This document shows positions 1-13,200 of a DNA stretch of 64,000 bases, one piece after another; position 1 is the stretch's first letter; the number at the start of each line of letters is the position of its first letter. The position numbers and the translations under genes were made by a program. Source of the stretch: Raillietiella orientalis (taxonomy: Eukaryota); NCBI GenBank assembly GCA_036172245.1, contig JAYWIR010000053.1, forward strand, positions 806,001-870,000, read 5' to 3'. The notes under the pieces were generated by a model. That model worked only from the letters and a program-made list of their open reading frames with translations. It did no database searches and was not told where the DNA came from.

Positions 1-1830
1 TCCACAGGGAGTTGAGTGGGAGATCCCAGAGGAACAGGGGCATCGGAAGCTCCTGCCACTTCGGAGGAAGGGCGGATCCGCGCCGCGAATGCCTTTGGGA
101 TCCTGCAGGGGAGTTGTGTGCTCCCATCGGGGTGAGCGCCTCCTTCAGATCGAAATGCGACTCCGGGTGGGTCGGAGGTCACGAGTGCCGGGAGAGATCT
201 GCGAGATGAACCTCACCCTCGGTGAGCCCCCGTGATAGTTTGAAAGGGTACCGCGTGCGGTTTATTCACTCCCGAATCCGCTGCGTCCCTCATTATCAGA
301 AGAGCATCATGGAAACGCTGCTCTTGGCGAATCCTCCACACAAAGGGCCGCTGAATCCCCGCTTCAAGCGACTGCTAATAAAGTTCTGGGGGCTTCGCTT
401 CCCCCAGCGTGCCCCATAAACAAAACGCGAGTTTTACGTCTCGGGAGTGCTGCCACTTTAATCTCGGCAGAAAACACTTCATCATCGCAGCGAAAACTTC
501 CATCTTGGAATCCGTAGTAAAAGACTCGTAATACCAGATAATTTGCTCCTTCCTGGCTTGGATGCTATGCATATGAGCGAGCACTCGGCTTGTCCTGAGT
601 CGGGCGACCGGTGTCAGCCTTTACAAGGAGGTTCCGCGCTGCGATGCCGGAATAATGAGAGGAGTTTCGTACCCATTTGTCATGCTTTGAGGCCTTCCTT
701 GGGGGAGGAGGAGGGGGTGGAGGGGGAGGGGAGCCGCCTTCCCGTCCACTGTCAGTGAGGCGAGGATCCAAAATGACGGGAAAACGACTTCGCAGCGAGG
801 GAGCCGTTGCCGCCAAAGCCAGAATGCAACAGAGGAGATTTCTCCGTCGAGCGTCCGCCGGAGGCCGCATGGCTGCGACTCTCGCTCTCGGCGTGCCAAG
901 CATTGCGGGTTCGAATCCCCATGTGGAGGATTGACTCCGAGAAATAAGAGGCGCGTCGCGGGTTCCGATTCCCCCCCTTCCCTGCAGGATGGCGCCGGTG
1001 ACCAGTGGGCCACGGGTGAGGCACTGGTGTGAACAGCCGGAAGCCGGGCGCCCCGTTGACTGGCCGGGATTGAAAGCTGACTCTCCGGGGTCCTTCCAGC
1101 AATCAAGGAGCGGACTCCCTTCAGGGTTACCATCCGGTTGTGGAGATGGTGCCATACCATGGAGATGGTGCCATACGTCCCTCGGGGGGTTCCTTCCCCA
1201 CAGTGCCAAGAAGCGCTCTGGTCCCTTCAAGGTTCTCCTGAGAGGAAGAGACAAGGAGCGGATCCTTTCCTTCGGAGAAGAAATGAAGAAGATGAACCCC
1301 TCCGGGATACCGGAGGGGTTCATCTCATTTCCGGAGAGAATAAGGAAGAAGTCACCTCTGGGCTTCGCTTCGGAGTTCCTCCACCAAGAGTAAAAGGAAT
1401 GCTCTTCTTCCTTCGGAGCCTTCCTGGCTTCATGGGGTGATCCCTCCGAGGTTGCCCCCCATGGCTTGAAGAGTGACGCGCACCCTGGAGTGGTGTGGAA
1501 CAGTGTCAAAGAGCCTCCTGTGCCCCTAGGCGAACGGTTCTTCAGTACTTAGCGAACCACTGAAAAAAGAAAACAAAGCTGGAAGGAAGGCAGCGAAACA
1601 TTAAGGAACCCCGAAGGGTTTCCATCCTCCTGGGCCGACAGTCGGCCAGAGCGCCGCCGGCGCGACCTGGAGATCCGAATCCACGACCTATCACAAGGGG
1701 AGGGATGGGGTGGCGGCCTCTCGCCGCGGTCGCGTGGCACAGGCGAGGCACTTCGCTCCCTGACCACCTTCGGCAGGTCGCATCTCCACTCATAGTGGAG
1801 TGGATGCCGATTAATTAAAAAGAAACAAAG
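1..1830 (-). mobile_element. Decayed 5' part of a LINE: module B (~760-1830) followed by an APE endonuclease remnant (~1-600)
   Basis: 760-1650 is homologous to 55300-56100, 61000-61560 and 63200-63890. The minus strand at ~410-490 reads RCDDEV..LKWQHSRDVKLAF-VYG (with frameshifts), paralleling FDEESRVSQLVLKWSESIDLVVTNVYAP of the endonuclease at 24380-24460. Confidence 0.6.
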
Positions 1831-2206
1831 CACAAAAGGAAGGAAAGACGGGAAAAAGAAAGAAAGAAAGAAAGAAAAAAAAAAACCGGAAACGCATTCC
1901 AATTTGCCCGCATTATGTTAATCGGAAATCCATAATGGCTTCATAGACTTCCTTTGTTTATATGTGGAAAATTACACATGTATCTATGATTTAAGCAGTT
2001 GTCGCATGACAGTTCAAGAAAATTTATTGCCGGTAGTTCTTACCTCCGACAGATTCTCACACATAAATCAGTCCTTCAATATGTGAGAAAGAAAAAAAAA
2101 AAGAGAGAAAACCATTTCGAATGTAACTAAGAAAAAAAAAAAAAAAGGAAAAAAACATTCCGAATACAACTGGTTTTAATTAAAGCTCTGTTTTTTTTCT
2201 TTTTTG

Positions 2207-2253
2207 GCGTGCGTGCGTATCTGCGTGCGTGCGTGTGCGTGCGTGCGTGCGTG
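2207..2253. repeat. (GCGT)n microsatellite next to A/T homopolymer tracts
   Basis: Directly visible gcgtgcgtgcgt array. Confidence 0.9.
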
Positions 2254-2929
2254 TGGAGGAAGGCAGCGAGAGGGGTTTCCCCTGCAGATTTCGCGAGAGC
2301 GCTTTCCCCTCCTGAGGGAGAGACGGGAAGAGAAGCGTTCCGAAGATGCCGGATGGAAGATGAACTTCCTCCATCCGGCCTCCGCCGCCTCACGTCACTC
2401 GATAGCATCGACTTTCTGTACGCTCGCGATTGCCGCGCGTTCGCTCGCCGCCGCTGGAGCGAATTGATCCGCGGGGTCCATCATGCATGCTGCTCAGCCT
2501 CCGTCGATGCTGCTGTGATGGCGCGTCCGGAGCTGTGGGTGCTCCCGAGAGATGCTAATCCTGTTCTGGGCTCCCTTCGCCCGCTGGCGGCAGAAACGCC
2601 GTCGTGGAGGGAGGCGAAGCCTCTGCTCCCGGTGGCCGAATCCGGGCGCTGCCGGGACTTTGAAGATCTAAGGATCTAAGGCCCACCGTCTGCCGTCCAT
2701 CTCGGGTCTGCTTGCGGTCTGGCGTTCGCTCGCCGGTGTCTGCCGTGCAGGGAAACGCTCACGCTCAAGGGATGCTCTGTGCAGATTACCAGCAGCGACC
2801 GATTCCTGAAGAAACGAAGCAGCCCAGACGAGACATCCCTTTTAATGTACGCAGATAAGGACGAAGGGAGCACAATAGGGGCGGGGTCTTCGTCCTTACC
2901 CTATTACAACCTGTTTACATAAGTAACAA

Positions 2930-5900
2930 GCTACCGGATATCCCTAATGCTAATCGAATAAGCTGCTTGGTCGATTTCTACGGGGACGTGAGCACAGAGC
3001 TCACTTCTTTCCGTCTGCTCATGCGCGCGGGCTTCCCACGGTTTCCACCCGTTCGCGTTCGCATGGCTGCAGCAGGTTCTCTCGGTTGCGAGGCGGGGAC
3101 GGCGCCAGCGAGAGGCGGCAAAAAAGGAGGGAAGGTTCGTGCGAGCGCGGAGGTGAGGCTGCGAGCCACAGTTCTTCTCCCTCATGCGGATTTCGGGCAC
3201 CTGCCGGAGGGCGCTCCACGCTCCCGGATGCTGTTCTGCGTCTCTGGCTGGAGCCCCCTCCGTGGTCCAAAGCAGCTCGAAAGAGGGGAGAGAATGACCA
3301 CATGAAAAAACTCCCCGAAGATCTCATTATTTGAGGCAACGGGCAGCAGAACGGAAACCGCAGACTGTAGGGGAAGGACGCCGGTAAACACGTCATGTGA
3401 TTTCGTAGGGTTCACTCCCGGTGCTGGGAGCAGGGTCATAACCACCAGCGCGAGTGGGGCCTTTCAATTCATCAAAGGGGATACAGAGGTACAATTATCC
3501 CTCCGCGTTCTTGTGGTGGGACAGCAGCCCACGACCACAGGGTCCGGTAGCACTGTGCTGTTCTTGAGATCAGAGGAGGGCGTTGAAAAAAAGAAAATGA
3601 CGAAGTGGATGGCATGTAGCGAAGCGACCAACGACTTCTCGTGCGTAGGGATGGCGCCTCGGGAAAAAGGCATTCGATTCCCAACTTGAAATAGGGCACG
3701 GATGGTGCGAACACACACATAAACACTTTATCCTGTCCTTGAAAGGCACATCCCGAGTGTCTTACAGTCTTCAGGAATCCAGACGGAATTATTTCTGAAT
3801 GGCAATAAATTTGGAGGAGCGCTTCAGAGCGAAAATCGACTCAGCCAGAGCAAAACCGGCGCGCGGAATTTGGGGAGATGGGAAACCTTGCGCGGACTCG
3901 CAATAATTCAGGGAACCATCCCGGAATCTTCGCGAGGAAAAATGTGCCCGGATCGCTCGCTCCAGCCGGGAAGATTATTCTGTCTTCAAAGTGGAACTGG
4001 CTGCAGAGATTTACTGCAGGCAAAACCCACGGACGCACTTCATCATCGCATCATGAAGAATTTAAGCAGCAACCCGCAGACAGAACCAGGACTTCTCCTG
4101 GGAAGCTGCACCCGGGACAAAGCCGACAAAGAAGACTTTAGAAACCGGACGGAGGAGGTAAGTTCGAAGAAGTGCTCCTCCGTTCCACTGCACTGGGATA
4201 CGCACACCCTTCCGTTGTCTCTCGGAGATCTCAGCCCCGAAGTTTCCTTGATGACTTCGTGTCCCGTAGATGATGTGGTTGTAAACTAGGATACGGTTGC
4301 AGCGCACATCCTGATTTTACAGCTCGGATACTAACTTATAATGCTTTTCCTTGAGACACCAATCCTAGAAGCAAATCATCAGGTTGTGGATGTTCTGATG
4401 TCAACAATCTCAGCGCACAGAACACCACAGAAAGTGTAGTGTTTCATAAATGGCGACTCCCTCTTTCTATTTGTGTTTCAGGAACAGCAACTGAAGATGA
4501 TTCCTCTTAGGATTTCACCAGAAGCTTGCTTAGCAGCATCCTTTCGTTCACAGGGTGCAAGTGCTCCAGCCTGACGAGGTGAAATGCATGCGAAAATGCT
4601 TCCTCGAGCTTCCCAATCAGCTACAGGGATTCCAGTGGCTCCCAGTGGCTGGTGTGGCGCGTCCACACTCCATGAGAAAAAGAGCAACGAAAGCTGTACC
4701 AAAGGGCGCGCCAATCAGTGGCTCAACGGTGGGAATGGATCACGGTCCACTACTGACTGGTATGGCGCGTCCACACACCGTGTCAGGGAACCAGCGCAAA
4801 AATTGCAAATGTTCCAGGAAGAGCTGCACAGATGTTTGCTTGGCTTGGCTTTGCCCATTTTAAGTCTGTTTTATTCCGCGGTTCCTTTTTTCATCCTCGG
4901 AAGACGTTTCCGGAGTTCGCTTAACTCCCAGAAGTTTCCTTCTCGATATTCTCCCACGAGGACTTCTCAGGGGAAGCCAGATGAACACCGGACACCCGAA
5001 TTCCTAAGTAGAATGCAGTTCAAAATGCAGGGAGGGTCAATTCTCCTGGAGAGTTGCTCTTCGGCTTTTCGACTCTGCGGAGGTTTCAGAAAGGGTATTC
5101 TCTTGTGCGCTTATGTTCAGTTTCCGTGTTCGGCTTTGGATTTTTTTTTCCTGATTAGAGTGCAGGTGGCTTTAGCCATGGCCCATCAGTGGCTGCGAAA
5201 GACTTCATTATGCAAGCGTTTGCCACAGTTTTGATACTTTGCTTCTTGTTCCAGCTTGGCTTAATTAGAACGTCTTCAGCCACTGCCTTTTATTTTCGGT
5301 TGATGTATCCAGGATTGGTATCCTTGCTGAGATGCAGCTTGGATTTCATGCATTCATTCGTTCCTGGTTCCCGTAGTTCCCGAACTGGATCTGAGTTTCG
5401 ACGAGTATTTCGGATAGCAGATGCTGCTTGCATCCTGCTGCTCCCCCACCTTTCTTTCCACATCGACTATTCCGAAAGACTTGGATCGTTAAATGCCAGA
5501 ATGATAAGACTGTGCTTTCTTGATCCGTTGAAGCCTACGCTGGTCCAACTGACAGCGTCTGAACGCTCATTTTCAAGTCGAGAAATTCCTACTTTCAAGG
5601 AAATCGAAAATGATAATTTTTTTTTTTTTTGCCGAAGATTCGTCACGATTTGAACTAGCATGGGGCCGAGAAAGTTGCATCCTTCCTTCTAACCAAGATC
5701 AAAATCTGGCACTCTGTTTAAAACTTTTGATTTTTTAACGGAGGTTCTTAAAGAATGGTACCGTCGAGGGATAGTAAAGATCGATTTGCAGAGAGCTCCT
5801 GCATATCTGTCCTTAGAGACACGAACGCTACTCATCTGCTCTGCTGGAGTCCTGGAGCCATGCCTTTTTCCATGGAAACGACAGTTTATCCGACATGCAA

Positions 5901-6300
5901 AGCAGTATTGCAGTTTCCCTTTCCGATCGTTCTGGTTTTTACGTCTTCCCAGAGTCGGAGACAGTTGGACCCTTGGAGTAGCAAATTTCTCGATCTAAGA
6001 GAGTATGGAAGCTCCCGGCAGCTCTCGACTTTTTGCGCTGCATTTCTCAGCACCACTCTGTGCCTTCTTTCTTCTCTCGTCGTTTCTTCACTTCCTTGCA
6101 GCGGACCTGAAAAATGTGGCTTCTTTCTTCTTCTCAAGGGTGACGAACGACTTCTACGTCTGCTGCATTTGCAGTCTGTGAATCTCTTTCCTCGCGTTCT
6201 TTGGTTCACAGGATCGACTTCGAAATCCAGGATCCATCATCTTTATCCTGCAGCGAAGGCAGCTGAGGAATGCATGACAGTGGTTGCTTAGGACTCGAAC
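2930..6300 (-). mobile_element. Very old LINE remnant (end of ORF1, EN, RT)
   Basis: Minus strand AVSWTSVGFNGSRK (~5510-5560) resembles the APE start SWNVRGLN. RKGVRIP (~4200) and other weak RT-like traces follow in the expected order. Heavily degraded. Confidence 0.4.
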
Positions 6301-6399
6301 CGCGATTGGAAACATTCCCTCTCGAGTGCTTTCTTCGTGACCCGGCTGAGTGGGACGGGAATCCCCCATCCCAACTCGCGGTCCCGACAGCATGAGCAG

Positions 6400-7889
6400 A
6401 GTGGGATTTGCAGGCAAGGCTCGGGGTCGTGCTTAGGTGCGTCCCCGTGGACGGGCATCGCACTGAACCCGTGCTAAGACACGTATTCTGGGAACGCAAC
6501 TTCATGTCCCTCGAGCGACCTTCACCAATGCCATCTCTTCCGCTTCACCAGGAGACACCCCTGGTGTGGGTTCGCGTTTGGAGGGCAGGCAGCGGGAATT
6601 TTGTTCTTAGGAGAAGGAAACGCGCGCAGGATCAGTTGGATAGGAAACAGCCTGAAGGCAAACGTAGCTCGCTTCCCTTCCACAAGCGACCATCGCGAAG
6701 GGTCTTTCCGGGATGGCCCCCAGAACTCGGCAGCACCTGGCTGGGAGCGAACCCGCTCTCATGGGTTCCCAACGAGCGTCCAGCGGCCGAAAAGCGCCGA
6801 GTCCACGGCTCGTGCCGGGTCGCTCTCTTCACGCATGCGCACGAGCGAGAGGTCCGCAACGCGCTTCGCTCAGTCGGTGCGCCGCCAGTCTCGGACAGTG
6901 CAGGGTGGCACCGGCAGACACCTCGCAGCGTAGGGAAAAAAGGAACGCCTGGAGCCATTCGAAGCGAGGATCTTTGTGCACGCCTCTCGTCGATGGCAGC
7001 ACCATCCGCCACTCGGACGGAGGAGTGTCGGACAGCACGAGTCGCTTTTTCCCCTGGGGCTCTCTCCAAGGAAAGTTCTGCTTCCGTTCCGAAAAAAAAA
7101 GTTGACGCGCCTGCGGCATGGGAGCCGGCGGTGACCTGCCGGGTCGCGGGCGCCGGCAAGTCCATTGCGCAGTATTCGAGAAATTTCCCGAAATTGCTTA
7201 GGCAGACTCCGGTACACTCCTGGCTTTCTCAGCATCTTCACGGGTTCGCCTCCATCTTGCTGGCGAAGCGCATTCAGATGAGCGATGTCACCACGCATTC
7301 CCCGGGGGTTCGCAGGAACCCGCGGGTGCTCTCTGGACCGTTTTCCGATGCAGTCTGCAAGGACGTACTCGTAGAAGGCGCATTTCCTCGTGGCCGTGGG
7401 TAGCACTGTGTAGTGCAACGGCGGACGCTGCAGTTCTGGAAGCGGAGAAAGGGCGCGGCTACCGTCCGCGTCGCCTCCCTGACTCAGGGCGAGACACAGG
7501 TGTCTCGAACGGGGAGGTGGGGAGTGGAATAGTCTTGCGGAAGAATCAGTCGCCACTGGCGGCCGCTCCTCGGTTTCTCTGCTTCTCCTTCCTCTTCCCG
7601 ATAGCGCCCGTCGGGAGTTGTGACCACCCAAGAAAGAGGACAGTGTGGCACATCACTGACGCGGAAAGAGGGAAACCTCTGGCAACACGTCCCGATCTCT
7701 CTTCTGCGGTCTTTGTCGGTTCGTTGGAATTTTGGAACTTCAATGACGTCGCCGCTTCGAGTGCTAGAAGTTTCGAGAACCCAGGAGAGCCGCACTTCTG
7801 GTTCGCCGAGGGAGTGGAAGGGCTGCAAAGAAGGAAAGGTTGGTTCAGGGATCCTTGCATTTTTTACCATCTTCTTGTCCCGTCCTCAT
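6400..7889 (+). mobile_element. Old LINE ORF2 fragment (EN-RT linker and start of RT), continued at 12119-13200
   Basis: HEREVRNALRS (~6840) resembles the pre-RT EEVxxAL segment. RKEGNLWQHVPISLL (~7660-7705) resembles KGD..NWRPISLL. Confidence 0.45.
7580..7889 (+). repeat. ~310-bp direct repeat, copy 1 (copy 2 at 12119-12427)
   Basis: Base-by-base alignment shows near identity, with scattered substitutions and one small indel. Confidence 0.95.
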
Positions 7890-8415
7890 GGAGTGATAGT
7901 TCCAAGAATCCTCAGTCCACGTCCTGAGCAATTGATGCCAAATCTTCTGGTCGTATTCATCTGGAACATGTGGATCCAATGTACATCGCGGTTATATCGG
8001 GTGCTTGTTGGTGGCCACGCCTCCTTCTGATTTCCCGACGCCATTGTAAGCCCGCTCCTACTATTACGGCTCCAACTGCTTCGCTGGGTCCAAGAAGTGC
8101 CCCCTCGTCCCGCGGACGTTCCGAATGTCTCGATTCCCGCGCGCCCCAAAGTCTCCGTCCGAAGGAACGCTATCGATCAAGCGGATTTCCGAAAGCCATC
8201 CGTCTTGGTCTCTCGGCACCTGGTGACGGATTGGTCCGAGGCGTGGACGCAGCTTTGCTCTCGGTGTTCGTGCTCCCTGGGGATGGTTTCCCGGCTGCCG
8301 CTGCCGGGAGGAGGGAAATCTCGGACGGGTGATGCAATACCCAGGTGGCTTCGGGTAGGGCGGGCGCCGCTGCGCATCCGGGCGGCACAGCAGCGGCGCA
8401 GAGGCAAACACCACC

Positions 8416-10200
8416 GTTACCCGGTCCCTGAGTGCGGGGGACTCGCGGTTGGGTGGTGGAAGAGCCCTCTGCATCCTGACACGCCGCGCGCACTCCGGGA
8501 AGGAGATGCCGAGACGCAGGCTGTCGCGCGGAGTTTTCCTTACCCTTGGGAGGAAGTCGGCGAGCTTCCTTCTGTGTTCCCATCTTGTCCGCGATCTTCA
8601 GGAAGAGAGTGGAGAGGTCGATGACGTTCTCATCTCGCTGGCGTCCTTCGGCTGCGTGCCGGCCTGCCGTTGCAAGCTTTGCTCTCCACCCGCGCTGCCA
8701 AGAGAAAATCGAGAGCGAATAAAGAGACATCTTCCGAGAGAGAGAGAGAGAGAGGGGAGGAGGTCGGGAAGAACGAGCAGACGGTGCCAAACAGCAGTTT
8801 TTTGGAACCGAGGGAACGAGCAGTCGAGGGGAAAAATCCGGTGCTTCCAGCACTTCGAGGGACGTCTCCAGGAAGGACACCGGCGGTGGAAATTCGAGGT
8901 AGGTGTAGAGAGGTCCCAACAGGAATGAAAAGAAGGAAACGAGCGAAAGGTCTTTCTCCGGGAGCGACCGTTGAAGAGGAATGCCCTCCGCAAGCCGGGT
9001 AGTGCATCGCGGAACCCCAAGACTGCCGGGGATGAAACGACCGGACGTCAGAACAAAAGCCTCTCGCTTCCGACTCCTGCGCGGAATCCCGGTAGAGGAA
9101 ATCCCTAATCCGCGGCCTTCTGTTTCGGCTCCAGCAGGGTGCAGGTCCGGAGAGAGTTTCCTAGTCAGGGGCGCAAAAATTTTCGTGGTGGTTCCTCCTG
9201 TGTACACGCCCGTCCTTTCCTGTTCCCGGAAGCCAGGAGGAGGAGGAGATGCCAGCTCACCCCCACTCCCGAAGGGGTGACCTAAACGCAGCGAAACAGC
9301 GAGCTCTCCTCGTGGCAGATCAGGGGGTTGCCAGCACTTCTCAAAATGCCCTTTCCGAGGAGCCATATTGTTTCCTCTTCCTCACCTCCTTCTCCATCTC
9401 GACATCGCACTACATTAAAAAAGAAAAAAATAAAGAGGAGGGGAGAAAACATTGCACGGATCCCGCCGTGGTTCGAGCAGCCGCCCAACGATTTCGGTGC
9501 CCCGCTATTTCTGAGGATATACTTTTGGTACGGATGGCTGTCTTTTCCAGGATCGACGGAGTCGGAACGCTCTCCAGCCTTTTCCTACCCCTTACTTCCG
9601 GGTCGTCCGCAGCTTTTCCTCGCCACCCTCCTTTTCTGGAAAGGAAACCTCGCTTTCCAGATGTGGCACACGGAGTGCGAGTTTGGGCGTCAGCTTCCAG
9701 GCACGTGCTTCAGACAAGCGGGTCACGCCCACGCCTGCTCGCCGCGATCTAGGCGCGGGGGACGCGCAAAGCCCGCGAAGACCGAGACTGCCTGGGGATC
9801 CGTTTGACTTGCTGCCCATTTCGTCTGGACTTGCAGAGGGTCAGCGCGTGTTCGCGCCGGGAGGGACAGTGCCTTGACGATGCCAAGTGTATTCGAGAGG
9901 GCCGCCTTGAAAGATGGAGGGTTTACCGCGCAAACCTCCTTTAAAGGAATCCTCGAGAGTCGCCGTCCAGCCTTCGTCGTCTGTCAAGACGCTTCGGGTT
10001 CCAAAAAAGGTCTGCTGTTCACTCCTTTTCGTGGGTGAATCAAATCTTGGGAAGGCCGACCAGAAGAGGACGCAACACTGGCCAGCGACGCCAACTGACA
10101 TCACAAGAGGATTCCCTGCCCAAACTACGAATCCGCGATGCATCCATGGTTGCGTTTTTGAACGTTTCTTGCAGCTGAGCATTCTTGCAGCTCAAAGATC
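8416..10200 (-). mobile_element. Diverged, 5'-truncated LINE 3' portion
   Basis: Minus strand shows FFGTRSVLTDDEGWTATLE (like YLGVPL..W..CLE), GLRGLCASP (like LKDLCAP) and RDENVIDLSTLFLKIA (ORF2 C-terminal tail). A possible terminal hairpin lies near 8416-8440. Confidence 0.5.
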
Positions 10201-10229
10201 ACTGTCCAGTGAACTGAGAAATCGAAATA

Positions 10230-12118
10230 GGTGCTCTTGGGCACCTATTTCGAATTGGTGCGGAGAGCGTGTAGGGAAACTCTAGATCTCCAGCCGCGCG
10301 TATGTCCCGGTACGCCTAACGTCTCAGTAAACGATGGCGATCTTCTGCTGCTGCTTCCCATGTCCACGCCGGCATGCGACTCGACGGCTTCTTCGAGTTG
10401 CTCAGCCGCGGGACGGGCCTGCTGCTGGACAGGGAGAATTTGTGCATAGTTCCAGTTGGTGCGGCGTGGACAGAGCTGCCAGATTGGATCCGCCTGGGGA
10501 TACCCACGGGCCGGTGATTGAAGTACCTGGTCATCCCTTTGAAGGACTTCTGCATTTCAGAAGCCTAGTCCGGACGTCTTCAGAAAGATAGAGCAGGCTC
10601 TCGGCCCGTTCCAAGGAAACGGGTTTCATCTGCCGGAACGGGCCGTGGTGTGGAACACATTCGTGACCTCCTTGCTCCTCCCCTGCTTTTTGTTTTCCCC
10701 GCCATGCATTATCATCAGGAAGTGGACTAAGAACCTCCTCCGGATCGCCTTCTGGTGCGAAGAGAGACTCCCAGTCCTCCTGAAGGACCTCTGTGCTCTG
10801 CTTTGATAGGGCGGACTAGACCTACCGACGCTGGAGCGAATGGAGCTTGAGCTCTAGTCCCCGACGCTTGCCCTCGTAGCAAACCTGTGGAGCACCATCT
10901 GGTGCCAAACTACACCTCACCTCGTCCAGCAACCCACTGGCAGCTTGAGACTCGCGTCTTTCCTTGTGCATCAGCCACTCAGCCTCATTCACTGCGGACT
11001 GCACCTTTGGCCACGCTGGAGAGGAACAGAGGATGGATCTCGTGCTGCCCCGCGAACAATAGTGCCTGGTTTGCAGGAAATCGTTTGCACGTGGACCAGG
11101 ATCCAGGAGTCAAGCGCAGAACAGGTGCGACGTTTTTTGTACTCGCGCAACCAAGACTGCACGCTCCAGGAAATCCTGGAAGATTTCGTGAAGAGTGCGT
11201 GAGCGGGAAGAACTTCCCTCGGCACAGCCCTATCGTCCCTTGGAGAACATATGGGCAGCAACCTGGCGGCACAATAAGAAGTCATTGCCGAAGTCTCCGG
11301 TAGGCGAGTGGACGACGACCAGCTAACAGACGCTGCAATCCCGAATGCCCTCCTCGAGGACTGTTGCGATGGAACGAGCTACTGGGACCTCCGGTGGAAG
11401 ATCTGCAGTGGCCCCCGGTGCTTATGAACACCAGCAACTTCCCTTTGCATTGGCAGGAGTCGGCGTTGAATGATGCTGCACTAGGGCCTTCCGTGCAATA
11501 TCCGCCGGCATCACTGGACACGGGTGTGTGTGGGCCCAAACTGTGCAATGTGTGGCAAGTGGGAATCTTTTCCGCACGTACTAGTGGACTGTGTTACCCG
11601 GCTCCTTTGAGAATGCTTTGCCGTGACCCTTGGAACCTCCCAACGTTGTAAGACTCTGTGCGAGACGCCCTGCAGCCAGCTGTAGCCCTTGCAGCACTTT
11701 GCTGCCTCCGCGGGACCGTGGCGAAGTGGAGCGACGCCAACGGAGGCAATAACGATAGGGACTCCATCCACCTCGTTCTTCGGTTTCTACGGATAGCTGT
11801 CAGATGGTCCCACCTCGACGTCTATATCAAGCAAGGCCTTGCAGGCATACTCCAAAGGATGCAGAGAGGATCTTCCGGCCCAGAATACTGTGATCGCTTC
11901 ACCTCTGTTTCCTCCCCCCCTCCCCCCCCCTAAAAGAAAAAAACTGTTTCATTTTTATTTTGTTTCTTTTTCCGTTGGCGTGGTGGACCTCACCGGTCTG
12001 CGAATCGGTAAAATGTCAAAGTATATACAAAAAGCGGTTGCACCACTGCTCGAACCACACAAATTGTAAATGTCTATTTTATTTTTAAATAAATGTCCCG
12101 GTGTACCCGGGTGGAAAC
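10230..12118 (+). mobile_element. 5'-truncated LINE (RT C-half, zf-RVT-like domain, 3' UTR, terminal hairpin)
   Basis: LLGTYFELVRRA..CPGTPNVSVNDGDLLLLLPMS (YADD region decayed) and RDALQPAVALAALCCLRG..WSHLD. Ends AATAAAtgtCCCGGtgtacCCGGGtggaaac. Confidence 0.9.
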
Positions 12119-13200
12119 TACCTCTTCTTCCACTTCCCGATAGCACCCGTCGGGAGTCGTGACCATCCAAGGAAAAGGACAGTGTGGCACATCACTGACG
12201 CTGAAAGAGGGAAACCTCTGGCAACACGTCCCGATCTCTCTTCTGCGGTCTTTGTCGGTTCGTTGGAATTTTGGAACTTCAATGACGTCGCCGCTTCGAG
12301 TGCTAGAAGTTTCGAGAACCCAGGAGAGCCGCACTTCTGTTCGCCGAGGGAGTGGAAGGGCTGCAAAGAAGAAAAGGTTGGTTCAGGGATCCTTGCATTT
12401 TTCACCATCTTCTTGTCCCGTCCGCATCAAATGATGGCAGCGTTTTCATTCCACGAGAGTGCATGAGCGCCAGAGGTAATCTTTGGCGCCGGATCTTCTA
12501 GGCAACCGCTGCAGAATCAGTCGGATGCCTGGATGCATCCAGAGGTAGCGTCACTCTTGCACGCGTCCAACAGAATGTCAGAGCGCGACGCTCCTTTGCC
12601 TCTTCTTGCCTGTTTGCCGAATCACCATTCTTCGAATAGGCAAGGTGATCCCTTTGGTTAGGAACGCCCAAGGAGGTGGAGCCGCTGAAGTGAGGGACGC
12701 ACATGGGGAATTGGAACCTGGTCCTGCTCTGCGAGTTGATATACAGGAGAGTGACTTTCTCGCAATTATTGCTGGCTTCCCCCGAAGAGGAACTGGTATT
12801 CCCATGTCTTTCCTTCTCCTCTCAGTGACCATGGAAACGAGAAGGGCTTCTCTTCGATAACGGGCTCGAGGCACGCTCGCTTGCATAGCCAGGTCGGCTA
12901 CGAGCTGCCTTCCAATCCAGTGGTCATGTCCCGTCACCATAACTTCCTTCAATCTTCCCTTATGACTCTCCCTCAGACAGAGATGCGATGACAGACCTCA
13001 CTCTTGAAGTCCTCCTGACTTCAAGAGTGCGCGGGTTCCAGGGGCGTGTTTTACCGAAGTCTTTTGAAGGGATTTGAGAGATGACCCGGTGATGACATGG
13101 GCGTCCCCAAGAGCAGGAATCATCCTTGCCTGTCGAGCGCAATCGATCCTTGAGAAGAGAGGAAGGTTGTCGGACTGCTGAAGACGGAGACGAAGAAGAG
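12119..13200 (+). mobile_element. Continuation of the old + strand LINE RT; includes copy 2 of the 310-bp repeat (12119-12427)
   Basis: Decayed motifs in the expected order: QMMAAFS (DxxKAFD-like), DAPLPLL, PALRVDIQES (GLRVN..KS), GTGIP (YLGIP), IARSATSCLPIQW (LIKSVLSSLPIY), LPKSFEG (LPK..GGLG). Confidence 0.5.

Noticed and set aside
863..930. tRNA or tRNA-derived SINE head (GGTTCGAATCCC B-box)
   Set aside because: No proper D or anticodon arm, poor acceptor pairing, and the motif is lost in the homologous copy at ~56030.
565..1810. Hepatitis-delta-like or viroid-like element or ribozyme, suggested by purine-rich self-complementary sequence
   Set aside because: No delta antigen similarity and no hammerhead or HDV core could be built by eye; the region is module B of a LINE. 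A covariance-model search would be needed to exclude a ribozyme fully.
6408..9366. Long ORFs (331 aa and 398 aa) as real genes
   Set aside because: They are chance open frames across GC-rich decayed LINE sequence, crossing element boundaries and a microsatellite.
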